A stretch of DNA of 64,000 bases, from the NCBI GenBank assembly GCA_965248435.1, contig OZ252100.1:3328001-3392000 (forward strand). The letters run 5' to 3'. Below the pieces are notes generated by a model that ran no database searches, was not told where the DNA came from, and saw only the letters and a list, made by a program, of their open reading frames with translations. Below are positions 31,952-41,712 of this stretch, piece after piece. Position 1 is the first letter of the stretch, and each line of letters starts with the position of its first letter. The position numbers were made by a program, and so were the translations under genes. The DNA is from Candidatus Latescibacterota bacterium (lineage in GTDB: Bacteria; Latescibacterota; UBA2968; GCA-2709665).

Positions 31952-34099
31952 ATGGAAGAACAACTGACGAGTAGCTCGTGGTACCGCGTGGCAGAGACGA
32001 AGCCGCGGCTGAAGTCGCACGCCCAGATCCACCGCCACATCTACCGTGGACGAGACTGGTACGTGCTTCAAGATCACTCGAGTGGACGGTTCCATCGTTT
32101 CTCTCCGGAGGCCTATCTGATCATCGGGCTGATGGACGGAGGGCGGTCGCTGGGAGAGATCTGGCGCGCGGCCTGCCTCCGGCTGGGTGACGATATGCCC
32201 ACTCAGGACGAGGTCATCCGGCTGCTGTCGCAGCTTTACCGCGCCGACGTCCTCCAGACGGACGTGACTCCGGATATCGCCGAGCTCCTTGATCGGCAGG
32301 TAAAGACACGGCGAACCAAGTTGCTGAGCTATGTTCGCTCGCCGGTGGCACTTCGTTTGCCCCTGCTGGATCCAAACCGATTTCTGACCCGCACGAGACG
32401 TATGGGGAGGATGCTGTTCGGGCCGCTCGGGGCGGTGGCCTGGCTGCTCGTTGTGGTGCCCGCGTTGGTTCAGGTGGGCATCCACTGGGAGGCGCTGACG
32501 GAGAACATCATCGATCGCGCCCTGAGTCTTCAGAACCTGCTGGCGATTGCGCTGATTTACCCGATCGTGAAGGGTCTGCATGAGTTCGGCCACGGCTACG
32601 CCGTGAAGCGGTGGGGAGGCGAGGTCCACGAGATGGGCATGATGCTTCTGGTGTTCGTCCCGATTCCGTACGTGGACGCGTCTGCAGCGACGGCATTCAG
32701 GCAGCGCTATCAGCGGGTCCTGGTGGGGGCTGCCGGCATCCTGGTGGAGATGTTTCTGGCGGGGCTCGCTGTTTTCGTCTGGACATCGGTAGAGCCGGGG
32801 GGGATGCGGGCGACGGCCTACAACGTGATGCTGATCGCCGGCGTGTCTACCCTCTTGTTCAACGGGAACCCCCTTCTGCGGTTCGATGCTTACTACATCC
32901 TTTCGGACTTGCTGGAGATTCCGAACCTCGGCTCCCGCGGGACTGCTTACCTGAGCCACGTGCTTCAGGTCCGGGTGTTGGGTGTGGAAGGGCTTTCGCC
33001 TCCGGAGATGAGTGAGGGTGAAAAGGGGTGGCTGGTGATCTATGCTGTGGCTTCGCTGATCTACCGGACGTTTGTGATTGTGGCCATCATCCTTATTGCT
33101 GCCAGCAAGTTCCTGGGGCTTGGGTTGGTGATTGCCGCGTGGGCGGCTGTCGGAATTCTGTGGCAACCGCTTTCGAAGGCTGCAAAATTCCTGTCTTCGA
33201 ACGCGCAGGCCAGACGCCGGCGTGGACGGATCGCCGCAGTGTCTGGAGGTTTCGCCCTCCTGCTGGGGCTCCTGGTCGGTGCTGTTCCCTTCCCGCTGTT
33301 CACGGTGGCTGAGGGCGTCGTCTGGGAACCGGAGCGGTCGCGAGTCCGGGCGGAGTCCAGCGGGTTTGTGGTTCGACTTGAAGCGCTTCCGGGGAGTCGG
33401 GTGCGGAGCGGAGACGTGCTGATCGTGTGTGAAAATCCTGAGCTTTCCACGAGGACTCGCGTATTGGCTTCAAGGCTTGGCGAGTACGAGGCGCGTCACC
33501 GAGCAGCATTCATGGCAAACCTGACAGAGGCCGAGATCCTGAGAGAGGAAGTAGAGCGTGTACGGGCAGAACTGGCACGGGCAAGAGAACGGGAAGACGG
33601 GCTGAAGCTCCGGGCAGAGGCAGAGGGCCTGTTCCTGATCCGCGAGCCTGAGAACCTGCCCGGCAGCTTCTTGGTGAAGGGCACAGACCTGGGGTTTGTC
33701 GCCGATTTTCTCCACGTGTCGGCGCGTGTGGTGGTGGACCAGTCCGCGGTGAGCCGTGTGCGCCGCGACACCCGAGGGGTGGAAGCCCGGCTCGCGGGTC
33801 GACTCGATCGCCTTGTGCCAGCACGACTCGTACGCGAGGTACCGGCCGCCTCTACCGATCTGCCCAGCCCGGCGCTGAGCCTGCAGGGGGGCGGCGACTA
33901 CGCGGTGGACCCCCGTGTTCAGGGGGCGTCACCCCAGGCCTTTGAGCCGCTGTTCCAGTTCGACGTGGAATTGACGGAAGGGGTGTCGGGGCGTGTAGGA
34001 GAACGTGTTCACGTCCGATTCGAACACCCGCCCGAACCCCTGATGTTTCGCTGGTACAGAGGTGCCAGGCGCTTACTGTTGAATCAGTTCGATGTGTAG
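31952..34099 (+). CDS. PqqD-like domain / M50 (site-2) peptidase / HlyD-like fusion membrane protein
   Basis: N-terminal YVLQDHSSGRFHRF..LMDGGRSLGEIW..EVIRLLSQLYRADVL; LHEFGH (HExxH) and NGNPLLRFDAYY; multiple TM helices; C-terminal VRAESSGFV..PGSRVRSGDVLI lipoyl motif and coiled coil. Confidence 0.85.
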   Translation: MEEQLTSSSWYRVAETKPRLKSHAQIHRHIYRGRDWYVLQDHSSGRFHRFSPEAYLIIGLMDGGRSLGEIWRAACLRLGDDMPTQDEVIRLLSQLYRADVLQTDVTPDIAELLDRQVKTRRTKLLSYVRSPVALRLPLLDPNRFLTRTRRMGRMLFGPLGAVAWLLVVVPALVQVGIHWEALTENIIDRALSLQNLLAIALIYPIVKGLHEFGHGYAVKRWGGEVHEMGMMLLVFVPIPYVDASAATAFRQRYQRVLVGAAGILVEMFLAGLAVFVWTSVEPGGMRATAYNVMLIAGVSTLLFNGNPLLRFDAYYILSDLLEIPNLGSRGTAYLSHVLQVRVLGVEGLSPPEMSEGEKGWLVIYAVASLIYRTFVIVAIILIAASKFLGLGLVIAAWAAVGILWQPLSKAAKFLSSNAQARRRRGRIAAVSGGFALLLGLLVGAVPFPLFTVAEGVVWEPERSRVRAESSGFVVRLEALPGSRVRSGDVLIVCENPELSTRTRVLASRLGEYEARHRAAFMANLTEAEILREEVERVRAELARAREREDGLKLRAEAEGLFLIREPENLPGSFLVKGTDLGFVADFLHVSARVVVDQSAVSRVRRDTRGVEARLAGRLDRLVPARLVREVPAASTDLPSPALSLQGGGDYAVDPRVQGASPQAFEPLFQFDVELTEGVSGRVGERVHVRFEHPPEPLMFRWYRGARRLLLNQFDV

Positions 34100-34117
34100 G
34101 TTGTTCCAGCGAAAGGA

Positions 34118-35803
34118 GTGTCGCGACTGAAATATTCGCTGAAATCGTACCTGAAGATCGTTTGGGGACTTCTACCAGTTCTCCATATGACGCTCGGTCA
34201 GGCGTCGGGCGCCGAGACGCCGCGATACCGGAACGTGCGCGTAGACCTGAAGGCGGGCGCTTTTCTAGACCGGCTCCCGTTCGATGAGCCCTTCCTGGTT
34301 ACGGGCGAGGCGCCCGCTTCTACGAGGATGGTGGAGGCCCGATTCGACGAGTACCTCGAAGTGTTCGCCATAGGCGATGACCCGGGGGCCATTGGGCGGG
34401 TGAGGGAGGAGACGTGGGCCTTCCTGGACTCGGTACTGGTCCGAAGCGAGGGGACGGCTGAGTCACCTGATCTGCGTTGGCTCCAACGTAGACTGTCACA
34501 GATTGTCATGGAGACCGTGAGGCCTCCTTCCCGTTTGCGGAGCCGCGTATTTTCGAACCTGGCGCCCTGGAACTGGGGGGACTGGGGGATTCTGTTCCAG
34601 CACTCAGAGCCCGAATTGATCGCGCAGGGCTCAGTCCTTGACCTGGATGGTTTCCCGCAGTTGGAAGCGGCGCGGTTTGCGGGCAGGGTGGAATCAGCAC
34701 TGGAAGGCGTCGGTTTCGTGAGGGAGCAGGAACTGGACGGGCTCGTGGCGACGGTTGTGGAGGCGGCCAGAGAGGCCCGCATCGGTCTTCGGTCGGGTCG
34801 TGCTGAAGTGCGTCCCCCTTCCAGGTGGAACCGCCTGAAGGGCCTCGAACGGGCGGAAAACAACAGCGAAGGCGCTGGCCTAATTCCGCGATGGAACCGA
34901 CTGGAGGACTCGGGTGCCGAGTTGGAGCAGGGCGTGATTCCGTTCCAACTGATGGTAGCGCCACTGAACCCCGATCGCACCTATGTGGTCGGGTTCCTGT
35001 TCGAGCGGACTGTGACGAAAGGGGAAACGAACGCCTTTCGATCATCGGTGGAGAAACGGCTGGAAGAAGAGGGGATGGGTATGGGGGCCTGGAAGGGTGT
35101 AGGGGAGAAGGGTGAGCAGCTTCGGCTGGACCTGCTGGACTACATGGTAGCTGCCGCGGGCGGCGGGAGGGTCGCTGCCGAAGGGACACTGTTGGACCCT
35201 AACGTAGATTACTTCTACGTGTTTTCGTTTTTCACAGAGCTGGTGGACCGGGCCCACGGGGGGAACGAGGCCGTGAAGCAGGCGGCGTCAGACGTATCTG
35301 GGCTCGTGGAGGGAAGAAGGGTGACGGGGCGCTCGGCGGCGATCGCCTCGACCTCGGCCAATGATTACGTGAGTGCTGATGCCGGATTGCTTTACGCTGG
35401 TGAGATCAGTGAGTCTGTCTTCTACCTTGGTGCAAACTTCTATCTTCGGCCGGTGAACAAGCGAGTCCCCCTGAGCCGCCGAGGAGGGTTCACGCGGCGG
35501 TTCGCCTTCACGCTCGGCATCACCCTGCAGGGGATCGACGACGATGTCGGGACACGCGACAACCTGTTCCACACGCAATCAGTGATGATGGGGGCCGGAT
35601 ATCGACTTTCTCAGTACATCCGTGCAGGCACGGGTCTGCTCCTGTTTCGAGAGCGCGATCCGGAGACGTTTCCGCTTTCCGAAGACACGCGGCTGACCGT
35701 GACGCCTTACGTTTCGGTTTCATTCGATGCCGACGTGGGTAAACAGCTTCTTGGCCTGGGTGGCATTTTCGATTTCCTGAAGGACAATGATGAAGATTCC
35801 TGA
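34118..35803 (+). CDS. Hypothetical exported protein with beta-strand-rich C-terminal domain
   Basis: 561-aa ORF with RBS AAAGGAG, signal-like N-terminus (GQASGA), alternating strands FYLGANFYL, FAFTLGITL, GAGYRLS, PYVSVSFD. Confidence 0.65.
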   Translation: MSRLKYSLKSYLKIVWGLLPVLHMTLGQASGAETPRYRNVRVDLKAGAFLDRLPFDEPFLVTGEAPASTRMVEARFDEYLEVFAIGDDPGAIGRVREETWAFLDSVLVRSEGTAESPDLRWLQRRLSQIVMETVRPPSRLRSRVFSNLAPWNWGDWGILFQHSEPELIAQGSVLDLDGFPQLEAARFAGRVESALEGVGFVREQELDGLVATVVEAAREARIGLRSGRAEVRPPSRWNRLKGLERAENNSEGAGLIPRWNRLEDSGAELEQGVIPFQLMVAPLNPDRTYVVGFLFERTVTKGETNAFRSSVEKRLEEEGMGMGAWKGVGEKGEQLRLDLLDYMVAAAGGGRVAAEGTLLDPNVDYFYVFSFFTELVDRAHGGNEAVKQAASDVSGLVEGRRVTGRSAAIASTSANDYVSADAGLLYAGEISESVFYLGANFYLRPVNKRVPLSRRGGFTRRFAFTLGITLQGIDDDVGTRDNLFHTQSVMMGAGYRLSQYIRAGTGLLLFRERDPETFPLSEDTRLTVTPYVSVSFDADVGKQLLGLGGIFDFLKDNDEDS

Positions 35804-37168
35804 GTGCCTCCACCTGACACGTTTCTGCATCTTTTGGATGGTCGCATTGCTGCTGGTGCTTGCGCAGACGGCGTGCCACGACGCCGACAAATATGTACTG
35901 ACTTCTAACGAAGATTCGGTGGATCGGCTCTTCACACTGACGGTTCAGGGCGATACGACGCTTCCTGCGGACGGCTTTTCCAGCGTGTCTATTCTGGCGA
36001 CCGTGGCCGACGTTTCCGAAAGGGAGCATTCGGTCCTGTTCAGCACGACGGCGGGGGACCTGCGTGTGGGCTCCTCCGTCGTGGGGGATACCGCCGTGGT
36101 GGTGGCATCGCCTGACGGAGAGGCGCCGGTCGAATTGTTGAGCGCCCGGGTGGTTGCCACGGCCCGTGTGACGGCCCAGATCCTGGACGTAGCGCCCCCG
36201 CTTCGCCAGGAGGTGTCGATTCGGTTCGCTCCCGTAAACACCGGGGACGTCATCGCGTTTCTGGGGGCTCCCGATTCCGTGCTGGCCGACGGGAAGGAGC
36301 TCGTGACACTCCAGGTCAGGATCTCCCCAGACCTGCAGGGAGACGATCGGACCGTAGTGTTCGAAACAACACTCGGGGTGTTCCTGCTGTCGACCGGTAC
36401 GGGAAGCACGCGGATTGTGGAGGCGGACGACAACGACATCGCCACCGCGCGTCTTCAGAGCCCTACAGAAGGCGGTGAAGCGATTATTACGGCCACGGTG
36501 AGGGGGTTTCGGCAGGAGACGTCCGTCCTGTTCACCACGGTGGCCGCCGTACAGTTCGTGGAGGCCCCCGCAACCGCGCCTGCCGACGGCGCAACACTCA
36601 CCCGCCTGACGGTGGAGGTCGAAGTTGGGCTTGGAGGTAGCCAGAACAGGAGGTCGACTTCGAGACTACTGACGGTATTTTCACGTCATCGAATGCCCGC
36701 CGGGCCGTGGCCGTGGCGAATGCCGAGAACCTGGCGACGGTCTTTCTCCGCAGCCCCCCCAGGGTGGCCGACGCCGTGGTGACGGCTTCCGTCGCGGGGC
36801 TGTCACAGGATCACCTGATCCGGTTCCAGGTGGCGCCGCCGGACTCGATCATCGTGTTGATCGATCCGAGCAAGGTACAGCTGTCTGCGACCGACCAGGT
36901 TCAGGTGGACGCGGAGTTCCTCCGCCTGCCGGGCAGGGGTACCGTGACCCAGGACCTGAACGTTTTGTGGACAGCGGTGGACACGGTGGGTGCCGCCATC
37001 CCGCGCGCCTTCTTCTTCAATGTGACTCAGACCGACGCCCAGGGGTTGGCTTCGGCGGTGTTCCTCGCCGACAGCACGTCTTATCGCGGGCCGGTGACCA
37101 TCCAGGTCCGGCCCTCGGACTTCAACACCGGGGTGGAAGGTTTGGCGTTTCTTCGAATCGTTGACTGA
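35787..37168 (+). CDS. Lipoprotein with Big_1/invasin-like Ig repeats (frameshift near 36640)
   Basis: Lipobox LAQTAC; three units xPADGxS/xLADG/APADG..V.FxTTxG..G.A.V.L.S..A.ITA; reading continues EQEVDFETTDGIF in the frame of ORF 36707-37168. Confidence 0.7.
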
Positions 37169-37307
37169 TGGTTGGGCGAACGGCGCTTGCTGAAGCGGCC
37201 CGCTCCGCCCGTTGACATTGCACCTGCTGGGTCCGTGTTCCTGCCGGTTCGCCGTCGGACCGGACCCATTTTTATTTACAAGCCGTGCCTCCGGGGGCCG
37301 TGGAAAC

Positions 37308-37391
37308 GCGTATCTCGTATCTCGGGGCTGATAATTCGTGATCTTTCTGAACTACAGTAGTTATCCGACGAGATACGCTTCACGAGATACG
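37308..37391. repeat. Inverted pair of short tandem repeats
   Basis: CGTATCTCGTATCTCG versus CGAGATACGCTTCACGAGATACG. Confidence 0.55.
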
Positions 37392-37544
37392 GATTCACCT
37401 ACCGCGGACCTGATGGCTTTGAACGATGCGTTTCGCGAGTTTCAGCCGCTGGAAGGCGGCGAGTTCTACAAATAGCGCCTTTACCCTAACCCCAACATTC
37501 GAATGAAAGCCTTTTTTCCGACCGCAGGAGGCAAGGACTTAGAG

Positions 37545-38900
37545 ATGCGAAACTGGCGATCGATTTTCTGCCGCGGCTTCCGAATCGGGGTCTTCGCCAG
37601 CCTGTTTGGGTTCGCCTTGTCCGCACCGTGCTGCGCGGTAGATCTGGTGGGAGTATACCGCTCGGCGCTGAAGCACGACGCCCAGTTAGAGGGCGCCCGG
37701 TACACGAACCTGGCGTCGAGGGAAGGGCTGCGACAGGCGTTCTCCAGATTTCTACCCACGTTGACCCTGGACGCAGAGACAGGCGGCACCCATCAGAATA
37801 TCCGCAGCACTAACAATGACCTGTTCAGCCTGGGCAAATCTTTTTTCATGACGAGCCGCGTGTCCGTGACCCTGAATCAGCCGATTTACCGCCATTCGAC
37901 GCTGGTAGGCGTCTGGCAGGCTCGTGCCGACGTGAAACGGTCTGACCTGGAGTTGATGCAGGCCGAACAGGACCTGATACTGCGCTCTGCGAGGCTCTAC
38001 TTCTCAGCCCTTGCGGCGAGAGACGAGGTGACTTTCGCCGAAGCGGAACAGGCCTCGCTCGAGCGACATTTCGAGCTGGTCCAGGTACAGAAGGCGCGCG
38101 GTCTGGCGTCGATTATGGATCTCTACGAGGCCCGAGCCCGACTGGCTACCGTAGAGGCGCAAGTGATCGAGGCAGAGGACCTGTGGGACGACGCGATCGA
38201 GGCACTCCGGGAGCTGAACAGCCGCTTGGCCCCCGACCTCCGACCCCTGCGGGTCGAACTGCCGCTTGTGACTCCTCAGCCGTCCGATGTCGACGCGTGG
38301 ATCGAGCGCGCGGTCGAGGGAAACCTGAGACTAAAGGCTCAGGAACAGGCCGTGGAATCTGCCATGCAGGAGATCTCGCTCCAGAAGGCTGGGCGGATTC
38401 CGGCGCTGAATCTGCAAGCCAGGGAGAACCGGGAGAAGACGGGGGGCACACTGTTCGGAGGCGGAAGCGATGTGGAAACCGCAAATTTTATCGTCACGAT
38501 AAGCGTCCCGGTGTTCCAGGGGGGCTTTCTGGGCTCCCGCATCAAAGAGGCGAAGTACGCCCACCAAGCCGCGGTGCAGGAGCTGGAGCGGCAGCGGCGC
38601 GCGCTCAAGCGCCAGGTACGCTCGTCCTTTTTCGGTGTGACCCGGGCGATCAGCCGCGTGGCCGCGCTGGAGCAGGCCGTACGGTCTCAGGGGCTTGCCC
38701 TTGAGGCTCGCCAGGAGGGCTTCCGGTCGGGAATCGTATCCATCGTCGCCGTTCTGGACGCAGAGCGGGATCTGTTCGAAACGCGGCGCGACCACGCACG
38801 CGCACGCTACGAGTACATTCTGAACAGCCTTCTGCTGCGGGACACCGTTGGCCAGTTGAGCGAAGCCGACCTCCTGCAGGTCAATCGGTGGCTTCAGTGA
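37545..38900 (+). CDS. tolC: TolC-family outer membrane channel
   Basis: Signal peptide, DLVGVYRSALKHD, FLPTLTL, LNQPIY, YFSALAA, VPVFQGG, GFRSGIVSIVAVLDAERDLF, ARYEYIL; start 37545 or 37503. Confidence 0.9.
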   Translation: MRNWRSIFCRGFRIGVFASLFGFALSAPCCAVDLVGVYRSALKHDAQLEGARYTNLASREGLRQAFSRFLPTLTLDAETGGTHQNIRSTNNDLFSLGKSFFMTSRVSVTLNQPIYRHSTLVGVWQARADVKRSDLELMQAEQDLILRSARLYFSALAARDEVTFAEAEQASLERHFELVQVQKARGLASIMDLYEARARLATVEAQVIEAEDLWDDAIEALRELNSRLAPDLRPLRVELPLVTPQPSDVDAWIERAVEGNLRLKAQEQAVESAMQEISLQKAGRIPALNLQARENREKTGGTLFGGGSDVETANFIVTISVPVFQGGFLGSRIKEAKYAHQAAVQELERQRRALKRQVRSSFFGVTRAISRVAALEQAVRSQGLALEARQEGFRSGIVSIVAVLDAERDLFETRRDHARARYEYILNSLLLRDTVGQLSEADLLQVNRWLQ

Positions 38901-38913
38901 CGGAGTCAGGAAA

Positions 38914-40902
38914 ATGATCCAGGTTGCCGCGCATCCTCCCACAACGCACGAAGTTCGAGCCGAACGGAGAGACCCGCGCCACGGTCCCCTGGAGAAGCAG
39001 GGTCGGGCGCTCGGCGGGCGGCTGCAGCGCCGCGTACGCTCGTGGCGGATCCTGCCGGAGGGCATCGTGTCGGCGGTCGACGCGCGCGGATTCGAGTATG
39101 CCGAGATGGACACCGAGGCATTACGGGAGGCCGCTCGAGATCTGAGGCTGGTCCTGCGCCGCGACGGCTTCCTGCTTGAGCGTGCGGCTCAGGTATTCGC
39201 CCTGGTTCGCGAGACGGCGGACAGGACGGTGGGATTGCGCCACTTCGACTGCCAGCTGATGGGGGGGTGGGTGCTGCTGAACGGGATGGTCGCGGAGATG
39301 GAGACGGGCGAGGGGAAAACCCTTACGGCGACCCTCCCGGCCGTGACGGCCGCGCTTGCCGGCATCCCCGTTCACGTTGTGACGGTGAACGATTACCTGA
39401 CGGCCCGAGATGCCGAGTGGATGGGCCCCGTCTACGAGACGCTGGGCTTGACGGTTGGGACGGTTGTCCACGGCCAAACACCCGACCAACGGCAGGAGGC
39501 CTACGCGTCCGACATCACCTACGGCACGAACAAAGAACTGGTGTTCGACTACCTTCGAGACCGTCTGGTGCTGCAGCAGAGACCGGAGTCCCTTCGCCTC
39601 CAGGCAGACCGGCTGATGGGAGATATCTCTCGGACTGAACGGCTTGTGCTTCGGGGGCTGCACTACGCGATCGTGGACGAGGCTGACAGTGTGCTGGTCG
39701 ATGAGGCGCGCACGCCGCTGATCATCTCGGGAGGGGCGCAGACAGAGGAGGCCGGCTTCCTGGAAGAGGCGGCCCAGGTCGCCCGCGGGCTGGAGGAGGG
39801 ACGGGACTACCGGCTGGACCTCGAGGAGCGACGCGCAGAACTGACCGAGGCCGGCATGGAGCGCATCCGGGAGCAGACGGAGCGCCTTTCCCCGCTGTGG
39901 GCGGGCACGATACGCAGGGAAGAGACGGTGCGGCAGGCGCTGATGGCGTTTCACCTGTTCAAGCGGGACGTGGACTACCTTGTTCGGGAAGGAAAGGTCG
40001 TGATCGTGGACGAGTTCACAGGCCGTCTGATGCCCGACCGCTCCTGGGAGCGGGGTCTACACCAGCTGATCGAGATCAAGGAAGGGGTAGAAGTGACGCT
40101 CCAACGGGACGTACTGTCGCGGATCAGTTATCAGCGTTTCTTTCGCCGCTACCTGCGGCTGGCGGGAATGACGGGCACGGCTTCAGAGGTAGCTGGTGAG
40201 TTGGGCTCGGTCTATGGGCTGCCTGTAATCCGGATTCCGACCAACCGACCGGTGTGTCGCACGCAACTACCCGATCAGATACACGCCACTTCCGTCGAGA
40301 AGTGGGAAGGGATCGTGGCCAGGGTAGGACAGCTGCACGATGAGGGGCGTCCGTGTTTGATCGGGACCCGGTCTGTGGCGGCGTCTGAACACGTCCACAA
40401 GTTGATGGAAGCGGCCGGGCTGCCACACCAGGTGCTGAACGCCAAGTTCGACAAGGAAGAAGCTGAGATCATCGCCCGTGCCGGGGAACGGGGACGGGTT
40501 ACCGTAGCGACGAACATGGCGGGCCGTGGAACGGACATCAAACTGGGGGCGAAAGTGGCCGAGCTGGGTGGGCTCCACGTGATCCTGACCGAGCGTCACG
40601 AAGCGCGTCGGATCGACCGGCAGCTTCAGGGTCGCAGCGGCCGCCAAGGAGATCCAGGCAGTTCCGAGGCCTTTCTGTCACTCGAGGATCCGCTGGTCGT
40701 GAGCGGAAAGGGAGGACTGCTGAGGTGGATCGCGGAGCGGCTCCTTCCGACTGGAAGCGGCATCTGGAGCTGGTTCGCGCGAGGCGCCGTCCGGCAGGTG
40801 CAGAAGCGGATCGAGCGCCTCCACGCCCGCATGCGCCGGGACCTGCTCAAGCAGGACGAGGTCCTCGGCACGATGTTGTCATTCACAGGTCGTTCGGAGT
40901 AA
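38914..40902 (+). CDS. Secondary short SecA (SecA_DEAD plus helicase C domain, lacks most C-terminal wing/scaffold and the Zn finger)
   Basis: AEMETGEGKT, VHVVTVNDYL, FDYLRD, IVDEADSVLVDEARTPLIISG, GLHQLIEIKE, GMTGTA, ATNMAGRGTDI, RRIDRQLQGRSGRQGDPG; only 662 aa. Confidence 0.92.
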   Translation: MIQVAAHPPTTHEVRAERRDPRHGPLEKQGRALGGRLQRRVRSWRILPEGIVSAVDARGFEYAEMDTEALREAARDLRLVLRRDGFLLERAAQVFALVRETADRTVGLRHFDCQLMGGWVLLNGMVAEMETGEGKTLTATLPAVTAALAGIPVHVVTVNDYLTARDAEWMGPVYETLGLTVGTVVHGQTPDQRQEAYASDITYGTNKELVFDYLRDRLVLQQRPESLRLQADRLMGDISRTERLVLRGLHYAIVDEADSVLVDEARTPLIISGGAQTEEAGFLEEAAQVARGLEEGRDYRLDLEERRAELTEAGMERIREQTERLSPLWAGTIRREETVRQALMAFHLFKRDVDYLVREGKVVIVDEFTGRLMPDRSWERGLHQLIEIKEGVEVTLQRDVLSRISYQRFFRRYLRLAGMTGTASEVAGELGSVYGLPVIRIPTNRPVCRTQLPDQIHATSVEKWEGIVARVGQLHDEGRPCLIGTRSVAASEHVHKLMEAAGLPHQVLNAKFDKEEAEIIARAGERGRVTVATNMAGRGTDIKLGAKVAELGGLHVILTERHEARRIDRQLQGRSGRQGDPGSSEAFLSLEDPLVVSGKGGLLRWIAERLLPTGSGIWSWFARGAVRQVQKRIERLHARMRRDLLKQDEVLGTMLSFTGRSE

Positions 40903-40907
40903 TCACC

Positions 40908-41633
40908 ATGAAACGTTTGGGCTGTATCTTTGCCGTTGGTTTTCTGTCGATGGCCGCGGGACCGGTGGATCCGGGGGTGGGACACGATGGTCTCATCGAA
41001 CCCTACGAAGTGGTTGAGCTGAGCAGTCAGGTCCCCGGCATTCTTGAGGAGGTGACTGTAGAACGGGGTGGAAGTGTGGAGAAGGGTCAGGTTCTTGTGC
41101 GACTCAAATCTGGTCTGGAAAGGGTCGCGGTCGATCGCGCTCGGGCCCAGCTGGAGTTTTCGAAGCGCCGAGCGGAACGGAACAAGGAGCTGTTCCAGAA
41201 GGAGCTCCTCTCTATCCACGAGCAGGACGAGATGGAGACAGAGATTCAGATCGCCAGGCTGCAGCTGAAGGAGGCCGAGGAGCGGCTCGCCTTGCGGACG
41301 ATCCGGAGCCCGATCCGCGGGGTGGTGGTGGACCGAACCGTGTCACCCGGGGAATACGTGGGTGACCGTCCAATGCTGAAGCTCGCCCAGATCGACCCGC
41401 TTAATGTCGAAGTCATTGTTCCCGTGACGCAGTTTGGATCAATTTTGAAGGGTATGACCGCGGAGGTCCTCCCCGAAGCTCCACTAAGCGGCGCCTACAC
41501 GGCTAAGGTGGTGGTCGTTGATCGAGTGATCGATGCAGCAAGCGGCACGTTCGGCGTGCGTTTGGAACTGCCGAACTCATCCTATCTCTTACCCGCAGGC
41601 CTGAAGTGCAAGGTTCGGTTTTTGAGGGATTAG
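40908..41633 (+). CDS. Efflux RND/HlyD-type periplasmic adaptor subunit
   Basis: Signal peptide MKRLGCIFAVGFLSMAA; VELSSQVPGILEEVTVERGGSVEKGQVLV, TIRSPIRGVV, VIDAASGTFGVRLELPN, PAGL. Confidence 0.88.
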   Translation: MKRLGCIFAVGFLSMAAGPVDPGVGHDGLIEPYEVVELSSQVPGILEEVTVERGGSVEKGQVLVRLKSGLERVAVDRARAQLEFSKRRAERNKELFQKELLSIHEQDEMETEIQIARLQLKEAEERLALRTIRSPIRGVVVDRTVSPGEYVGDRPMLKLAQIDPLNVEVIVPVTQFGSILKGMTAEVLPEAPLSGAYTAKVVVVDRVIDAASGTFGVRLELPNSSYLLPAGLKCKVRFLRD

Positions 41634-41712
41634 TGCTGGAAGTTCGCGACCTCCATGGGCCTCGTAAATATCAGAACCTCAATAAGTTATGAGATATTTG
41701 GCCAGATAACTC

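Noticed and set aside
38914-40902. Housekeeping secA
   Set aside because: Only 662 aa, lacks the C-terminal domains, and is embedded in an accessory export locus.
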